From assembly GCA_002320485.1 (NCBI GenBank), contig DCKW01000032.1, positions 1 to 38,477 of the forward strand: DNA of 38,477 nucleotides, read 5' to 3'. The position numbers and the translations under genes are program-made. Shown piece by piece: positions 18,918-29,763 of this stretch (position 1 is the stretch's first letter; each line of letters opens with the position of its first letter). The stretch is from Micavibrio sp. UBA1664 (lineage in GTDB: Bacteria > Pseudomonadota > Alphaproteobacteria > Micavibrionales > UBA1664). The notes beneath the pieces are model-generated. The model saw nothing but the letters and a program-made list of their open reading frames with translations, was not told the DNA's origin and searched no databases.

Positions 18918-21707
18918 TTAACTTTTGGCAATTTGTCTCAAAACATAATGCAAAATACCGCCATGCATGTAGTAATCGACCTCGTCAGCCGTATCAAGAC
19001 GGGCCAGTAACTCGACCTCTTTTTTATCGCCGTTTTCATAGGCAATGGCCAATGTGACCTTTTGCCCCGGTTTTAATTCGCCTTTAATACCGGTCAGGGT
19101 AAATGTTTCATCACCTTTGATATTCAGGGTTTTACGCGTATCATCCCCGGTAAATTGTAATGGCAAAACGCCCATTCCGATCAGGTTCGAACGGTGAATC
19201 CGCTCAAAAGATTCGGCAATTACCGCAGATACACCTAACAGTCGCGTCCCCTTTGCCGCCCAGTCACGAGACGATCCCGTCCCGTATTCCTTCCCTGCAA
19301 TCACCACAAGTGGTGTGCCGTCGGCTTGATATTTCATCGCCGCATCGTAAATCGGCATTTGATCACCGGTCGGCAAATATTTGGTATATCCACCCTCGAC
19401 ACCGTCCAGCATCTCGTTTTTAATACGGATATTGGCGAATGTCCCGCGTGTCATAACCTTATCGTTACCGCGACGGGACCCATAAGAGTTGAAATCACGC
19501 GGTTCAACCCCATGATTCATCAGGAAATGCCCTGCGGGTGAATCTTGTTTGATTGCCCCTGCTGGTGAAATATGGTCGGTGGTGACGGAATCACCCAAAA
19601 CGGCCAATGCTTTGGCATTCATGATGTCTGACGCCAGTCCGACATCCATTGTCATGTCTTCAAAAAACGGCGGATTTTGGATATAGGTGGACGCATCCGA
19701 CCAGTCATAGGTTTTACCAGTTGCGTTTTGAACCGCCTGCCATTCCTCGGTGCCTTTAAACACGTCGGAATAACGATCAATAAACATTTGCGGGATCAGT
19801 GCCTTTTCCACTTCGGCGCGCACCTCGTCATTGGACGGCCATATGTCTTTCAGGTATACAGGGTTTCCGTCTTTATCTTCCCCAATCGCATCCTTATAAA
19901 CATCAACCAACATCGACCCTGCCAGTGCATAGGCAACAACCAATGGAGGTGAGGCCAGATAGTTTGATTTGATATGCGGATTAATACGGCCTTCAAAATT
20001 TCTGTTTCCTGACAAGACCGAACAAACGTTCAAATCCTGTGACTGAACGGCATTGGCAATGGCTGCCGGAAGCGGGCCGGAGTTTCCGATACATGTCGTA
20101 CATCCGTATCCGACAAGGTTAAAACCAAGCGCATCCAGATCATCCTGCAATCCCGCTCTTTCCAGATAATCGGTCACAACCTGCGACCCGGGCGCAAGCG
20201 ATGTCTTCACCCATGGTTTCACCTGCATACCCTTGGCATGTGCATTACGCGCAACCAAACCCGCGGCAATCATTACTGACGGGTTAGATGTGTTGGTACA
20301 AGATGTAATGGCCGCAATTACGACATCCCCTTCTGTCAAAGGATAATCCATACCTTCAACTTTCGCAGACCGGCGCGGCAGATTTAAATGCGCCTCCATA
20401 TCGTCTTCCGACAACTGGCCTGCCTCGGACATTAATTTGCCCTCTTCGCCCATAGGTTCCTTAAATTCCTTGTTGGCCGGATCGCCGTGTCCTGACGATT
20501 GCATCAACAACCGTTTGAATTGCGAGCTGGCCTGAGAAAGTAAAATTTTATCCTGCGGACGTTTAGGCCCTGCAATGGAAGGCTCTACATCACCCAGATC
20601 AAGTTCCAGCGTATCGGTAAACACAGGATCAGGGGCATTTGTATCGCGCCATAACCCCTGCTCTTTCGCGTAAGCCTTGACCAATGCCACACGGTCGGCA
20701 TCACGGCCCGTAAATTCCAGATAGCGGCATGTCTCGTCATCAATAGGGAAGAAACCGCAGGTCGCGCCATATTCCGGAGCCATGTTGGAGATTGTCGCAC
20801 GGTCGGCCAAAGACATGTTGTTCAAACCATCCCCGTAGAATTCCACAAACTTACCCACAACGCCCTTGGCACGAAGCATTTGCGTGACCGTCAATACGAG
20901 GTCGGTAGCGGTCGCCCCCTCTTTTAATTTTCCTGTCAGCTTGAACCCGATCACTTCCGGTATCAGCATCGAAACCGGTTGGCCCAGCATCGCTGCCTCG
21001 GCCTCGATCCCGCCGACGCCCCAACCAAGGACACCCAGTCCGTTAATCATGGTTGTGTGCGAATCGGTTCCGACCAATGTATCGGGATATGCGACCAGCG
21101 CGCCGGACATATCAGATGACGTCCACACGGTTTGTCCCAGATACTCAAGATTCACTTGGTGGCAAATCCCCGTTCCGGGCGGGACAACACGAAAATTATC
21201 AAAGGCCTGTTGTCCCCATTTCAAAAATTCGTATCGTTCGCCATTGCGTTCAAATTCACGTTCAACATTTTCCTGAAATGCCTGCACCGTGCCGAATTCA
21301 TCCACCATAACCGAATGGTCGATAACGAGGTCAACGGCAGACAGAGGATTAATTTTATCGGCATCACCGCCCAGTTTGACAATCCCCTCGCGCATGGCGG
21401 CAAGGTCGACAACGGCGGGAACGCCTGTGAAATCCTGAAGCAAAACACGCGCAGGGCGATATGCAATTTCCTGAGTGGATTTGCGGTTTTTTAGCCAATC
21501 TGAAAACGCCTCGATATCGGGAACGGAAACGGATCGTCCGTCCTCATTCCTTAAAAGGTTTTCCAGCAATACTTTTAAAGAGAAAGGAAGGCTTGATAAA
21601 TCGCCCAGCTTCTCCTGTGCGGCTTTCAATGAATAATAGGCGTACTCCTTACCGTTGACGGATAAGGTGCGGCGTGTTTGGAGAGTATCGTTTCCGGTAC
21701 GTGACAT
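18918..21707 (-). CDS. acnA: Aconitate hydratase A
   Basis: [65 protein letters not shown]. Confidence 0.98.
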   Translation of the reverse strand: MSRTGNDTLQTRRTLSVNGKEYAYYSLKAAQEKLGDLSSLPFSLKVLLENLLRNEDGRSVSVPDIEAFSDWLKNRKSTQEIAYRPARVLLQDFTGVPAVVDLAAMREGIVKLGGDADKINPLSAVDLVIDHSVMVDEFGTVQAFQENVEREFERNGERYEFLKWGQQAFDNFRVVPPGTGICHQVNLEYLGQTVWTSSDMSGALVAYPDTLVGTDSHTTMINGLGVLGWGVGGIEAEAAMLGQPVSMLIPEVIGFKLTGKLKEGATATDLVLTVTQMLRAKGVVGKFVEFYGDGLNNMSLADRATISNMAPEYGATCGFFPIDDETCRYLEFTGRDADRVALVKAYAKEQGLWRDTNAPDPVFTDTLELDLGDVEPSIAGPKRPQDKILLSQASSQFKRLLMQSSGHGDPANKEFKEPMGEEGKLMSEAGQLSEDDMEAHLNLPRRSAKVEGMDYPLTEGDVVIAAITSCTNTSNPSVMIAAGLVARNAHAKGMQVKPWVKTSLAPGSQVVTDYLERAGLQDDLDALGFNLVGYGCTTCIGNSGPLPAAIANAVQSQDLNVCSVLSGNRNFEGRINPHIKSNYLASPPLVVAYALAGSMLVDVYKDAIGEDKDGNPVYLKDIWPSNDEVRAEVEKALIPQMFIDRYSDVFKGTEEWQAVQNATGKTYDWSDASTYIQNPPFFEDMTMDVGLASDIMNAKALAVLGDSVTTDHISPAGAIKQDSPAGHFLMNHGVEPRDFNSYGSRRGNDKVMTRGTFANIRIKNEMLDGVEGGYTKYLPTGDQMPIYDAAMKYQADGTPLVVIAGKEYGTGSSRDWAAKGTRLLGVSAVIAESFERIHRSNLIGMGVLPLQFTGDDTRKTLNIKGDETFTLTGIKGELKPGQKVTLAIAYENGDKKEVELLARLDTADEVDYYMHGGILHYVLRQIAKS

Positions 21708-21843
21708 TTATGAAAAACCCCTTGAATTTAAAGTTCTTTTTTTGCTAAATAGAATGATAGCAGAATTAATCTGCTATAAAATAAATAATAAACGGTTAAT
21801 GAAAAACCAGTTAAAAAAATAAATTACAGGGAAAATATAGGCT

Positions 21844-22746
21844 ATGGATAATATCAGGGAGAGATATTCTATCAACGCATCAGGATTACCGGAAATAGTG
21901 CCGGTCCGCCAAATAGCTCCCCCCTCCCTTACCACAAAATTCACCCCCGTAATAAAACAAGATGTTGCCCTACCGTTTACACAGGACAATAAGGTTCTGA
22001 TTCGCGACAGTGTTCCTGTTTGGGATCATGAACACGAATCACCAGACGATGCGAATGATATCGCAGGTATCGTTATTTATGAATTAACGCCCGATCGTTT
22101 TTCGATCATTTATTGCCACACCTCCAAATTGGAAGGATTTCTTAGAGAGGATAACAAGGACGGCACGCAATATGATATTTGCGATTATTATGACGTTCCC
22201 GCATTCAATATTTTGGAAAATCTGGCAAATTATGTCAGCAATATGATTGCCACAGCAGATCAAATGTTAGTGGATGGACCTCACATGCCTCACGAAAAGG
22301 CACGTGGCATTATAGGCATTATGGAGAAACTCAGTCATTGTTCCAGCAAGGATTTTACTATCGATATCTATGTTCCTGATCAGACCTGCGCCCTGACGGG
22401 GGAGTTATATCTGCGACCGGGAACCGCTAACACTCATTATAACGGGTTTAACAATCCCGATTATGACGAAGAACATCATGCGTCTAAAGCTTTTATACAG
22501 TATTTGCGGGAACAAATTATCACTGAACTCCCGAAAAACGGACTCAAGGCATCTTACGATCGTTATGCCGCAATGGTGAGACAATACGGAAACGGGGATA
22601 AAAATAACATGGTGGAAAGTAATTCCGCCGCGATCCCGCCCAGACAAACGGCAAGACCTCTACCCGATGCAGGAAAAATTCTCCCACCACAAAGGCGCGC
22701 AATGCGCCCGTGGATTCCCCACGCATCAATGTTGACCTATGATTAA
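21844..22746 (+). CDS. Hypothetical protein (300 aa)
   Basis: Long ORF divergent from acnA; no recognisable motif. Confidence 0.7.
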   Translation: MDNIRERYSINASGLPEIVPVRQIAPPSLTTKFTPVIKQDVALPFTQDNKVLIRDSVPVWDHEHESPDDANDIAGIVIYELTPDRFSIIYCHTSKLEGFLREDNKDGTQYDICDYYDVPAFNILENLANYVSNMIATADQMLVDGPHMPHEKARGIIGIMEKLSHCSSKDFTIDIYVPDQTCALTGELYLRPGTANTHYNGFNNPDYDEEHHASKAFIQYLREQIITELPKNGLKASYDRYAAMVRQYGNGDKNNMVESNSAAIPPRQTARPLPDAGKILPPQRRAMRPWIPHASMLTYD

Positions 22747-23426
22747 TTTTTGCACATGGCGGCAACACGGTCATATTCCTGACGGCTGTCAATAGCCTGT
22801 TGCCTTTGTCGGCGTTCGGTATTCAATTTCGTGTTAATATTTTTTACCTCACGCGCGATGTAATCGTTAATCTGTTTTTGATATCGTGCCTGATCACGCA
22901 TATCCTTGGGTCCGACGATACCTATATCCACAACAGCCTTGGACAAAGCAGACTGGATGATAGGAACATATTTCTTTACTATCTCGCGATCCGTATAAAT
23001 ATGTTTCATTTCATGTTCCATGATGGCCTTATGACGGCATGATCCTGGCTTATGATCTCGAGAGATGTAAATAGTCGGGTCAATCTTGATATTGACATCA
23101 ACCCTATCCACCCACTGGCACATTTGTCGCGCCCGAGGGTATGTCATTGTTGCCACCTGCACCTGGGATTGAACGGATATCCCCCCTTTCATCAAACCGC
23201 CGACATGCGTTTTGGCATTATTGCCATAGGGGCTTTGCGTATCGTTATTCATGTTATCCATTTGCGATTGGGAGCGTGAAAAATCATATTTTATATTGTC
23301 GCTACCCCATATGATATTGACAGGCGCGGCAGGTTTGGGAGGGCATGTCACGTCCGCCCTCGCCGTTGAACCGCATAGTATTGTTACCACACCGCATATA
23401 ATCAAAAATTCAAAGATACTTTTCAA
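22743..23426 (-). CDS. Secreted putative Zn-dependent peptidase (DUF922-like)
   Basis: Signal peptide (ARA); HExxH motif HEMKH; several Cys; C-terminal coiled coil ending Q..ID. Confidence 0.6.
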   Translation of the reverse strand: MKSIFEFLIICGVVTILCGSTARADVTCPPKPAAPVNIIWGSDNIKYDFSRSQSQMDNMNNDTQSPYGNNAKTHVGGLMKGGISVQSQVQVATMTYPRARQMCQWVDRVDVNIKIDPTIYISRDHKPGSCRHKAIMEHEMKHIYTDREIVKKYVPIIQSALSKAVVDIGIVGPKDMRDQARYQKQINDYIAREVKNINTKLNTERRQRQQAIDSRQEYDRVAAMCKN

Positions 23427-23483
23427 AAGGCCAATTCTCCGTTATGTAAGAATAGCAAATAAATTTTTAAAAGAGTGTAAAGA

Positions 23484-23774
23484 ATGTTCGTTTTAGGTCA
23501 GTTACTCATACTATTAATCCAATTCTATATTTATCTTATTATTTTTTCGGTAATTGTCAGTTGGCTGATCGCATTTAATGTTTTATCATCCGGCAATCAA
23601 AAGGTGCGCAATCTCTTGCGTTTGCTGGATAAATGCACTGCACCGGTGTTTGATCCGGTCAGGCGGTATGTCCCCACGATCGGCGGAATTGATATTTCCC
23701 CGATTATTGTTATTTTTGGATTAATGCTGTTACAAAATATTATTATGCGGCTGTTTTTGACCGCTTCATTCTGA
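23484..23774 (+). CDS. yggT: YggT family membrane protein
   Basis: SWLIAFNV...P..DPVRRYVPTIGGIDISPII. Confidence 0.9.
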   Translation: MFVLGQLLILLIQFYIYLIIFSVIVSWLIAFNVLSSGNQKVRNLLRLLDKCTAPVFDPVRRYVPTIGGIDISPIIVIFGLMLLQNIIMRLFLTASF

Positions 23775-23791
23775 TAGACGGATTATATTGT

Positions 23792-24637
23792 ATGACGGCA
23801 TTCATAATAGACGGAAAGAAACTAGCCGCGGCCAAACGCGAAACAATCGCTCATATCGTTAAGGAGCGGAATTTACATCCGCATCTGGCTATTATTCTGG
23901 CCAATGACAACCCTGCTTCTGCAATTTACGTTGAAAAAAAGATCGAGGCCTGCAAACAGGTCGGCATTTGTGCCAAACTTTACAAAATGCCGAGCAGCAG
24001 TGATGAGACCGATCTGCTCAATATGATTGATACATTGAATAAAGATAACGGCGTACACGGATTATTTTTGCAATTGCCTGTCGGCGACCATTTGGACAGT
24101 CATAAAATCATTCAGTCTATAGCGCCGGAAAAAGATGTGGACGGGTTGACCTATACAAATATAGGACGTGTTATGGCCTCTGCCCCCTCTCTTGCACCCT
24201 GCACCCCGACAGGTGTGATGGAATTACTCCGCCATGAAAACATTCCATTGGCTGGTAAACATGCCGTCATTATAGGGCGGTCTTTGCTGTTTGGAAAACC
24301 GATGGGACAAATGCTGTTACAGGCCGATTGTACGGTAACACATTGTCATTCAAAGACCATAGACCTTCCCTCAATTACAAGGCAGGCCGACATTTTGATC
24401 GCCGCTGTAGGAAAGGCGGAAATGGTAAAAGGCGACTGGATAAAAGATGGAGCGGTTGTCATTGATGTCGGTATAAACCGCGGCACTGACGGAAAACTCG
24501 TCGGCGATGTGGATTTTGCGCAAGCCAGTGAAATTGCTTCGGCAATTACCCCTGTCCCCGGTGGCGTGGGGCCGATGACCGTCGCTTGTTTGCTTCATAA
24601 CACAGTCAAGGCCGCCGCACACGATTTCACCGTTTAA
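23792..24637 (+). CDS. folD: Bifunctional methylenetetrahydrofolate dehydrogenase/cyclohydrolase
   Basis: IIDGK, PEKDVDG, PCTP, VIDVGINR, ITPVPGGVGPMT. Confidence 0.97.
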   Translation: MTAFIIDGKKLAAAKRETIAHIVKERNLHPHLAIILANDNPASAIYVEKKIEACKQVGICAKLYKMPSSSDETDLLNMIDTLNKDNGVHGLFLQLPVGDHLDSHKIIQSIAPEKDVDGLTYTNIGRVMASAPSLAPCTPTGVMELLRHENIPLAGKHAVIIGRSLLFGKPMGQMLLQADCTVTHCHSKTIDLPSITRQADILIAAVGKAEMVKGDWIKDGAVVIDVGINRGTDGKLVGDVDFAQASEIASAITPVPGGVGPMTVACLLHNTVKAAAHDFTV

Positions 24638-24646
24638 GAGCGAGAC

Positions 24647-24674
24647 AAAAGGGCAGCCGCCGAACCGGCTACCC
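24647..24674 (-). terminator. Intrinsic terminator of icd
   Basis: Minus strand GGGTAGCCG-GTTCGG-CGGCTGCCC-TTTT just after the icd stop. Confidence 0.65.
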
Positions 24675-24679
24675 GCTTT

Positions 24680-26149
24680 CTACTCACCCTGAGCCTTGGT
24701 AAAGCCCGGCTTGCCGCCTTCAAATTCATATAATTTTTCAACCTTCACAAACGGCAATCCGTTATTGTAAAGATTATCCAGAAGCTTGGTCACATGGTGG
24801 CCCATCATACTTCCCGATTTCGTTGTTGATTTGAACCGCAAACACCATAATGGCGCACAAAATGTTTCGGCAGAACCGTTCGGCCACACTTTCGTTCCGC
24901 GGTTAGAAATGAGGGACAATGACATTCCGTCGACCAAAGACTGACGCGCCAGGGTGGCCAATTCCTCACATTTGTCGGCACGGTCTGCCCCGCGCCATTC
25001 AACATAAACATCCGCCCCGATCAATTCTTTCGATGCAGGCTCCCGTACTGAGACGGGCGGTAATTTCAATCCGCCGCTATTTTCAGGATAGGATTGGACG
25101 GGCAATGTTTCAGGCTTATCACCGATGCGTTCGATAACGGCAAAGGTAAAGTCTCTGGTTCCCACCTTTTTCTTGCTAATGCCTTCTTTATAAATATCGC
25201 CGGTATGAATGCCGTCCTCGATCGTTTTCAACCAGGCATTATGAACCTTGCTCGCTATATCACCCTGCCCTATATGGGTCAGCATCATAATCGAGCCAAG
25301 CAATAATCCTGACGGATTGGCAATCCCCTGCCCCGCGATATCGGGCGCGGTTCCGTGCATTGCCTCGAACATGGCACATGTGTCACCGATATTCGCTGAA
25401 ATGCCCAATCCGACTGATCCTGTAACTTCCGCCGCAATATCGGAAATAATATCGCCATAGAGATTTTCCGTGACAATGACATCAAAATCGGTCGGACGCG
25501 AAGCAATGCGCGCGGCGCCGATATCAATAATATAACGCTCTTGCTCAATATCAGGGTATTCGGCGGCAATCTCCTTGAACACTTCATAAAACAGACCGTC
25601 AGCCATTTTCATGATGTTATCCTTGATCATGCAGGTCACTTTTTTACGTCCATTGGCGCGGGCATATTCAAATGCATAACGGCAAATGCGTTCCGACCCC
25701 GCACGCGTAATCATTTTCACGGATTGTATCGCACCGTCCACTTGCGCATATTCAACGCCGGCATACAAATCCTCTTCATTTTCGCGCACGACAACCAAAT
25801 CCATCCCGGGGAAGTTGGTTTTGATAAATGGATGAAAAGAGGCACACGGGCGGACATTCGCATACAAACCAAGCGTTTTACGAACTGTCACGTTCAATGA
25901 TTTGAAGCCGCCCCCCATTGGTGTGAAGATAGGCGCTTTAAGAAAAACCTTAGTTTCACGCAAAGTATCCCAACTCTCGTCGGAAATACCGTTCATAATC
26001 CCCTGATTATACAGTTTTTCGCCGATTTCAATTTCACGAATATCCAGACGCGCACCCGCCGCATCAAGAATTTGTAATGTAGCATCCATAATTTCAGGGC
26101 CAATCCCGTCGCCGCGGGCTACTGTTATTGGGGTATTTTTAACTGACAT
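24680..26149 (-). CDS. icd: Isocitrate dehydrogenase (long type with C-terminal extension)
   Basis: GDGIGPEI, KSLNVTVRK, RENEEDLY, KDNIMK, NLYGDIISD, FEAMHGTAPDIAG; C-terminal ISNRGTKVWP...GFTKAQG. Confidence 0.93.
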   Translation of the reverse strand: MSVKNTPITVARGDGIGPEIMDATLQILDAAGARLDIREIEIGEKLYNQGIMNGISDESWDTLRETKVFLKAPIFTPMGGGFKSLNVTVRKTLGLYANVRPCASFHPFIKTNFPGMDLVVVRENEEDLYAGVEYAQVDGAIQSVKMITRAGSERICRYAFEYARANGRKKVTCMIKDNIMKMADGLFYEVFKEIAAEYPDIEQERYIIDIGAARIASRPTDFDVIVTENLYGDIISDIAAEVTGSVGLGISANIGDTCAMFEAMHGTAPDIAGQGIANPSGLLLGSIMMLTHIGQGDIASKVHNAWLKTIEDGIHTGDIYKEGISKKKVGTRDFTFAVIERIGDKPETLPVQSYPENSGGLKLPPVSVREPASKELIGADVYVEWRGADRADKCEELATLARQSLVDGMSLSLISNRGTKVWPNGSAETFCAPLWCLRFKSTTKSGSMMGHHVTKLLDNLYNNGLPFVKVEKLYEFEGGKPGFTKAQGE

Positions 26150-26238
26150 ATATCTACGCCTTTCTTAATAAATCTTTTTGTAACTGAATTAGAAACCAAT
26201 CATGGACATTTGGCAATGGGCAGGCATGCCCATCACAT

Positions 26239-27477
26239 TTATGTTTTATGTTTCACAATTTTGTCGTACGGGATGAAGCGCAATAAGGCATATCCCAATG
26301 CCGCCGAACCGAGGGAGCCGATTATGACACCCATACGCACTGCCGCCGCCTGATCACGTGTATCGAATGCCAATTCTCCGATGAATAACGACATGGTAAA
26401 ACCGATACCGCAAAGTAAAGAGACTGCATATAACTGTATCCAGTTAGTGTTTTTAGGCATCGGCGATAAACGCAATTTGATTACAATAAATAGAATTGCG
26501 AAAATCCCGATTTGTTTTCCGAAAAACAAGCCTTTGGCAATACCTAAGGTTACAGGGTTAAATACATCATCCCACGTCATTCCCTGAAAACTGACCCCCG
26601 CGTTGGCAAAGGCAAAAATCGGCAAGACGAGAAAAGCCACCCAAGGGTGCAAATCATGCTCAAGCCGTTTAAGAGGGGAGTATTTGGGATTTTGCGGACA
26701 CCGCAAAGGAATAAAGAAAGCAGTGATAACACCCGCCAATGTCGCATGAATTCCGGATTTCAAAACGGCAAACCATAAAATAAATCCCAATAAAGTATAC
26801 GGTGTAACGGATGAGACACGTGCACGGTTAAGGGCCATCAAACCAATGAAAGCGGCCAATGCAAACCCCAATGGAATAATGTAGACTTCAGGTGTGTAAA
26901 ACAGGGCAATAATTAAAATCGCCCCTAAATCATCGATAATCGCAATCGCGGTCAGTAAAATTTTCAATGAAACGGGGGCGCGGCTTCCCAAAAGTCCCAA
27001 TATCCCCAAGGCAAAAGCGATATCTGTCGCCGCGGGAATTGCCCAACCTCTTACAAGCTCCGGATTATCCTGATTTAAGAAAAAATAAATTAAAGCGGGT
27101 GCAACCATTCCTCCCAACGCAGCAAGTGCCGGTAATAATGCGCGGTCACGCGAGGACAGCTCCCCTTCCAAAAATTCGCGTTTTATTTCCAACCCGACGA
27201 GAAAGAAAAAAATCGCCATCATCCCGTCATTGATCCAGAGTAAAAGCGGTTTTTGCAAGAATAATGCGGACACGCCGTCGTGCGATTGGAAGCCGACCGT
27301 TAAATCAACATCTTCCAGCAAATATTGATAAAAAGCCTGCAATGGCGAGTTGGCGATTATCACCGCGAATAACGCCGCCAGCATCAAGAGAATACCCCCC
27401 GAAGCCTCAAGTTTTAAAAACTGGTTGACTGAAGTAAGGAGGCCGCTCGGCTGCTGTCGTCTTTTTAGTCGTGTCAT
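26239..27477 (-). CDS. nhaA: Na+/H+ antiporter NhaA
   Basis: WINDGMMAIFFFLVGLEIKRE, ATDIAFALG, AIIDDLGA, CGIGFTMSLFI; start taken at ATG 27477. Confidence 0.96.
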   Translation of the reverse strand: MTRLKRRQQPSGLLTSVNQFLKLEASGGILLMLAALFAVIIANSPLQAFYQYLLEDVDLTVGFQSHDGVSALFLQKPLLLWINDGMMAIFFFLVGLEIKREFLEGELSSRDRALLPALAALGGMVAPALIYFFLNQDNPELVRGWAIPAATDIAFALGILGLLGSRAPVSLKILLTAIAIIDDLGAILIIALFYTPEVYIIPLGFALAAFIGLMALNRARVSSVTPYTLLGFILWFAVLKSGIHATLAGVITAFFIPLRCPQNPKYSPLKRLEHDLHPWVAFLVLPIFAFANAGVSFQGMTWDDVFNPVTLGIAKGLFFGKQIGIFAILFIVIKLRLSPMPKNTNWIQLYAVSLLCGIGFTMSLFIGELAFDTRDQAAAVRMGVIIGSLGSAALGYALLRFIPYDKIVKHKT

Positions 27478-27536
27478 AGACAATAAGTATATGTATGCTT
27501 TAGTAAAGAGCAAGTAAATTGGAAGAAAATAAACGA

Positions 27537-28472
27537 ATGTTCAAAGCACTATTTTTTGAAAGACATTTAAGCCACTTACAAGCGGCACTTTATTCCACCT
27601 TCGCTTATTTCATGTTTACCGTGTCCGACTCTATGGGGAAATGGCTGATGACCGAGGGATATGACCGCACACAGGTTTTGGTCATCAACTCTATTCCCTC
27701 CACCATTCTTATTTTTATATTTTTACTGAGGCGTTACGGATGGCGGCGATTTCTGCGTACATCCTATAAAAAACTGCATTTTTTAAGAGCCGCGGCAATC
27801 GTTTCGGTAACGTTTTGCAGCTTTACCGCTTTGAAAATTCTGCCGATCGCCGATTTTTACGGCGTTATGTTTTCCGCACCGCTTGCCGTCACCGTCGTCG
27901 CCGTTTTCCTGTTTAAAGAGAAAACGGATTTAAAAGAATGGATTATGATTACCATTGGTTTTTGCGGGGTGGTGTTGGTTGTCAATCCTGACTTCCACCA
28001 TTTCAATACCGGTTATATCTGGGCGATATTGGCTGTTTTTTCGATCGTTTCTGCCGGTATAATCGTCCGAAAAATCGGACGCGATGAAAGCCCTTTTTTG
28101 TTTGTGCTGTTTGGAAATATAGGTATTATCAGCGTCAATATTATCCCTGCCGTTATGCACGACCTGCCGGCAATCACATGGACGCACATTGCCCTTTTCG
28201 CCGCTTATTCCGTCAGTATTCCAACCGCGATTTTCACACTCACATCGGTTTTTGCCCGCGCCCCTGCCATTACCGCTGTCGCGCCATACCAATATTTTCA
28301 AATCATATGGGGCGGGTTGATCGGGTATTTTGTCTTTGGTGATGTTCCGCAGAATCACACAATTGCAGGCAGCCTTATCGTTATATCCTGTGGGCTCTAC
28401 ATCCTTCTTCACCATCGTCGCAAAAGTCGCCGTCAACTTAAAGAAGTGACAACCCCCACATCAAATGTTTAA
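27537..28472 (+). CDS. DMT/EamA family transporter
   Basis: About 10 hydrophobic segments in two repeats; LFKEK, GFCGVVLVVNP, APYQY, FGDVP. Confidence 0.88.
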   Translation: MFKALFFERHLSHLQAALYSTFAYFMFTVSDSMGKWLMTEGYDRTQVLVINSIPSTILIFIFLLRRYGWRRFLRTSYKKLHFLRAAAIVSVTFCSFTALKILPIADFYGVMFSAPLAVTVVAVFLFKEKTDLKEWIMITIGFCGVVLVVNPDFHHFNTGYIWAILAVFSIVSAGIIVRKIGRDESPFLFVLFGNIGIISVNIIPAVMHDLPAITWTHIALFAAYSVSIPTAIFTLTSVFARAPAITAVAPYQYFQIIWGGLIGYFVFGDVPQNHTIAGSLIVISCGLYILLHHRRKSRRQLKEVTTPTSNV

Positions 28473-28946
28473 ACCGTAACGCTTATCGGAGCTGCGTTTA
28501 TACACATAAATCCCGAGAACAGACAGACCGACCGCCCAGATGGACGAAAGAGATTCTACCGCATTTATAACGACATCCGCTTTTTCCGTTTCAAATACCA
28601 TAATATAAGCCACGGCAAACATTTGCGCGGCCCATGTCATCGCCATAAAATACCCGAAAGTGGGGCGCATCCGTCGGACATAGGCATCGTTGGACCCTGC
28701 CTCTGCCTGCAATGATGCATTGATGGTTTTTAAAATCTCCGAATCCTGTATCGACATTGCCTCAATATGACGGTTGGCTTCTCTGATCTGGTCAATTGTA
28801 ATTGCGCCTTTGGCTATCTGGTCTTCTACCTTGTCCAAAGCCTTCGCCGCATTTTTGGCAATGTCATTGTCGATTGAGCCAAGGGCTTTCGCCGCCGTCC
28901 GCGTTAATACGGAAAGGCCCAGTTTTCCCAATAATGTTTCCAGCAT
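28461..28946 (-). CDS. Holin, 3TM / GTA-holin type
   Basis: AEAGSNDAYVRRMRPTFGY motif followed by two hydrophobic helices and basic tail YVYKRSSDK; adjacent to endolysin. Confidence 0.75.
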   Translation of the reverse strand: MLETLLGKLGLSVLTRTAAKALGSIDNDIAKNAAKALDKVEDQIAKGAITIDQIREANRHIEAMSIQDSEILKTINASLQAEAGSNDAYVRRMRPTFGYFMAMTWAAQMFAVAYIMVFETEKADVVINAVESLSSIWAVGLSVLGIYVYKRSSDKRYGLNI

Positions 28947-29441
28947 TTATGCCTCCAGTTTGTAGAATTGATGGCGGCCGATGACGGCCACGGGTGTTTT
29001 CCCCTTTGCCCAAAATGGCATGATATCCCGTGTATGGTAATGGTCCGCACCATTCACGATGTCCTGCCCCAATTGGCCCAAAACTGCACGACGTGCGATA
29101 CGTATGGCGGTTGCAAAGTGGATGTCCTTATCGTCCACCGCCATCATTTTAGGACGGTTAGGATCAGCCGGATTCCAGCATGAAAACTGATAAGGCCGCT
29201 GACATACGGTAATAATATCATGCCCCCACCAATATTTGCCTCCATGTGTTTGTGCCTGCCTTACGCGATTTAAAACCACATGGGCCACGGCACACATACC
29301 GTTTGCGCCCTCCGATCGTGCCTCCCCCCAAAGGGTGCGCGCAAGAACGTCTATCTCCAACTCATTTAAAAAGGCCTTTGCGGCCTTTCGATCTTCCAAC
29401 GGCAGTATATCCAATGCATCGGTTTTTCCCATTTTATTCAT
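28947..29441 (-). CDS. Endolysin, SleB/Hydrolase_2 cell wall hydrolase
   Basis: LARTLWGEARSE, AVAHVVLNR, YQFSCWN, GADHYH, P.WA, IGRHQFY. Confidence 0.92.
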   Translation of the reverse strand: MNKMGKTDALDILPLEDRKAAKAFLNELEIDVLARTLWGEARSEGANGMCAVAHVVLNRVRQAQTHGGKYWWGHDIITVCQRPYQFSCWNPADPNRPKMMAVDDKDIHFATAIRIARRAVLGQLGQDIVNGADHYHTRDIMPFWAKGKTPVAVIGRHQFYKLEA

Positions 29442-29748
29442 GTCCTTTCATTAATCGTTCAGCGTGTTTGTCGAGCTTCGCCTCTATCCTTAGAAGATGA
29501 GAGACAAGCCGCCCTTCAAGATTTCGTAATTCAGTTTGTGTGGAATAGGTTTTCGCAACCTCCAGTTTATAGGCCGATAAACTGTCCCTTAATTGCGAGT
29601 GGCGTGTTTCAAGCAGGTTTGACAGATGATCGACACGCGCATCAACATCCCTTTTGCCACGAACATAAATAGTGAATAGTGATGCCGCCACAGGGATATC
29701 GACCACACTGATCCACCAGATCATGTGCGACGGAAATGTTAAGTCCAT
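29434..29748 (-). CDS. Phage-module membrane-anchored coiled-coil protein (lysis-associated?)
   Basis: N-terminal hydrophobic WWISVVDIPVAASLF then coiled coil; AAGGA RBS; overlaps endolysin start. Confidence 0.65.
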   Translation of the reverse strand: MDLTFPSHMIWWISVVDIPVAASLFTIYVRGKRDVDARVDHLSNLLETRHSQLRDSLSAYKLEVAKTYSTQTELRNLEGRLVSHLLRIEAKLDKHAERLMKGHE

Positions 29749-29763
29749 AAATTAAATCCTTAT

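Noticed and set aside
20370-20500. Acidic linker insertion in AcnA
   Set aside because: This AcnA region is known to vary in length; catalytic motifs are intact
28440-28480. Possible att site at the left edge of the phage-like module
   Set aside because: No tRNA, integrase or recognisable repeat; the other boundary is outside the window so it cannot be compared
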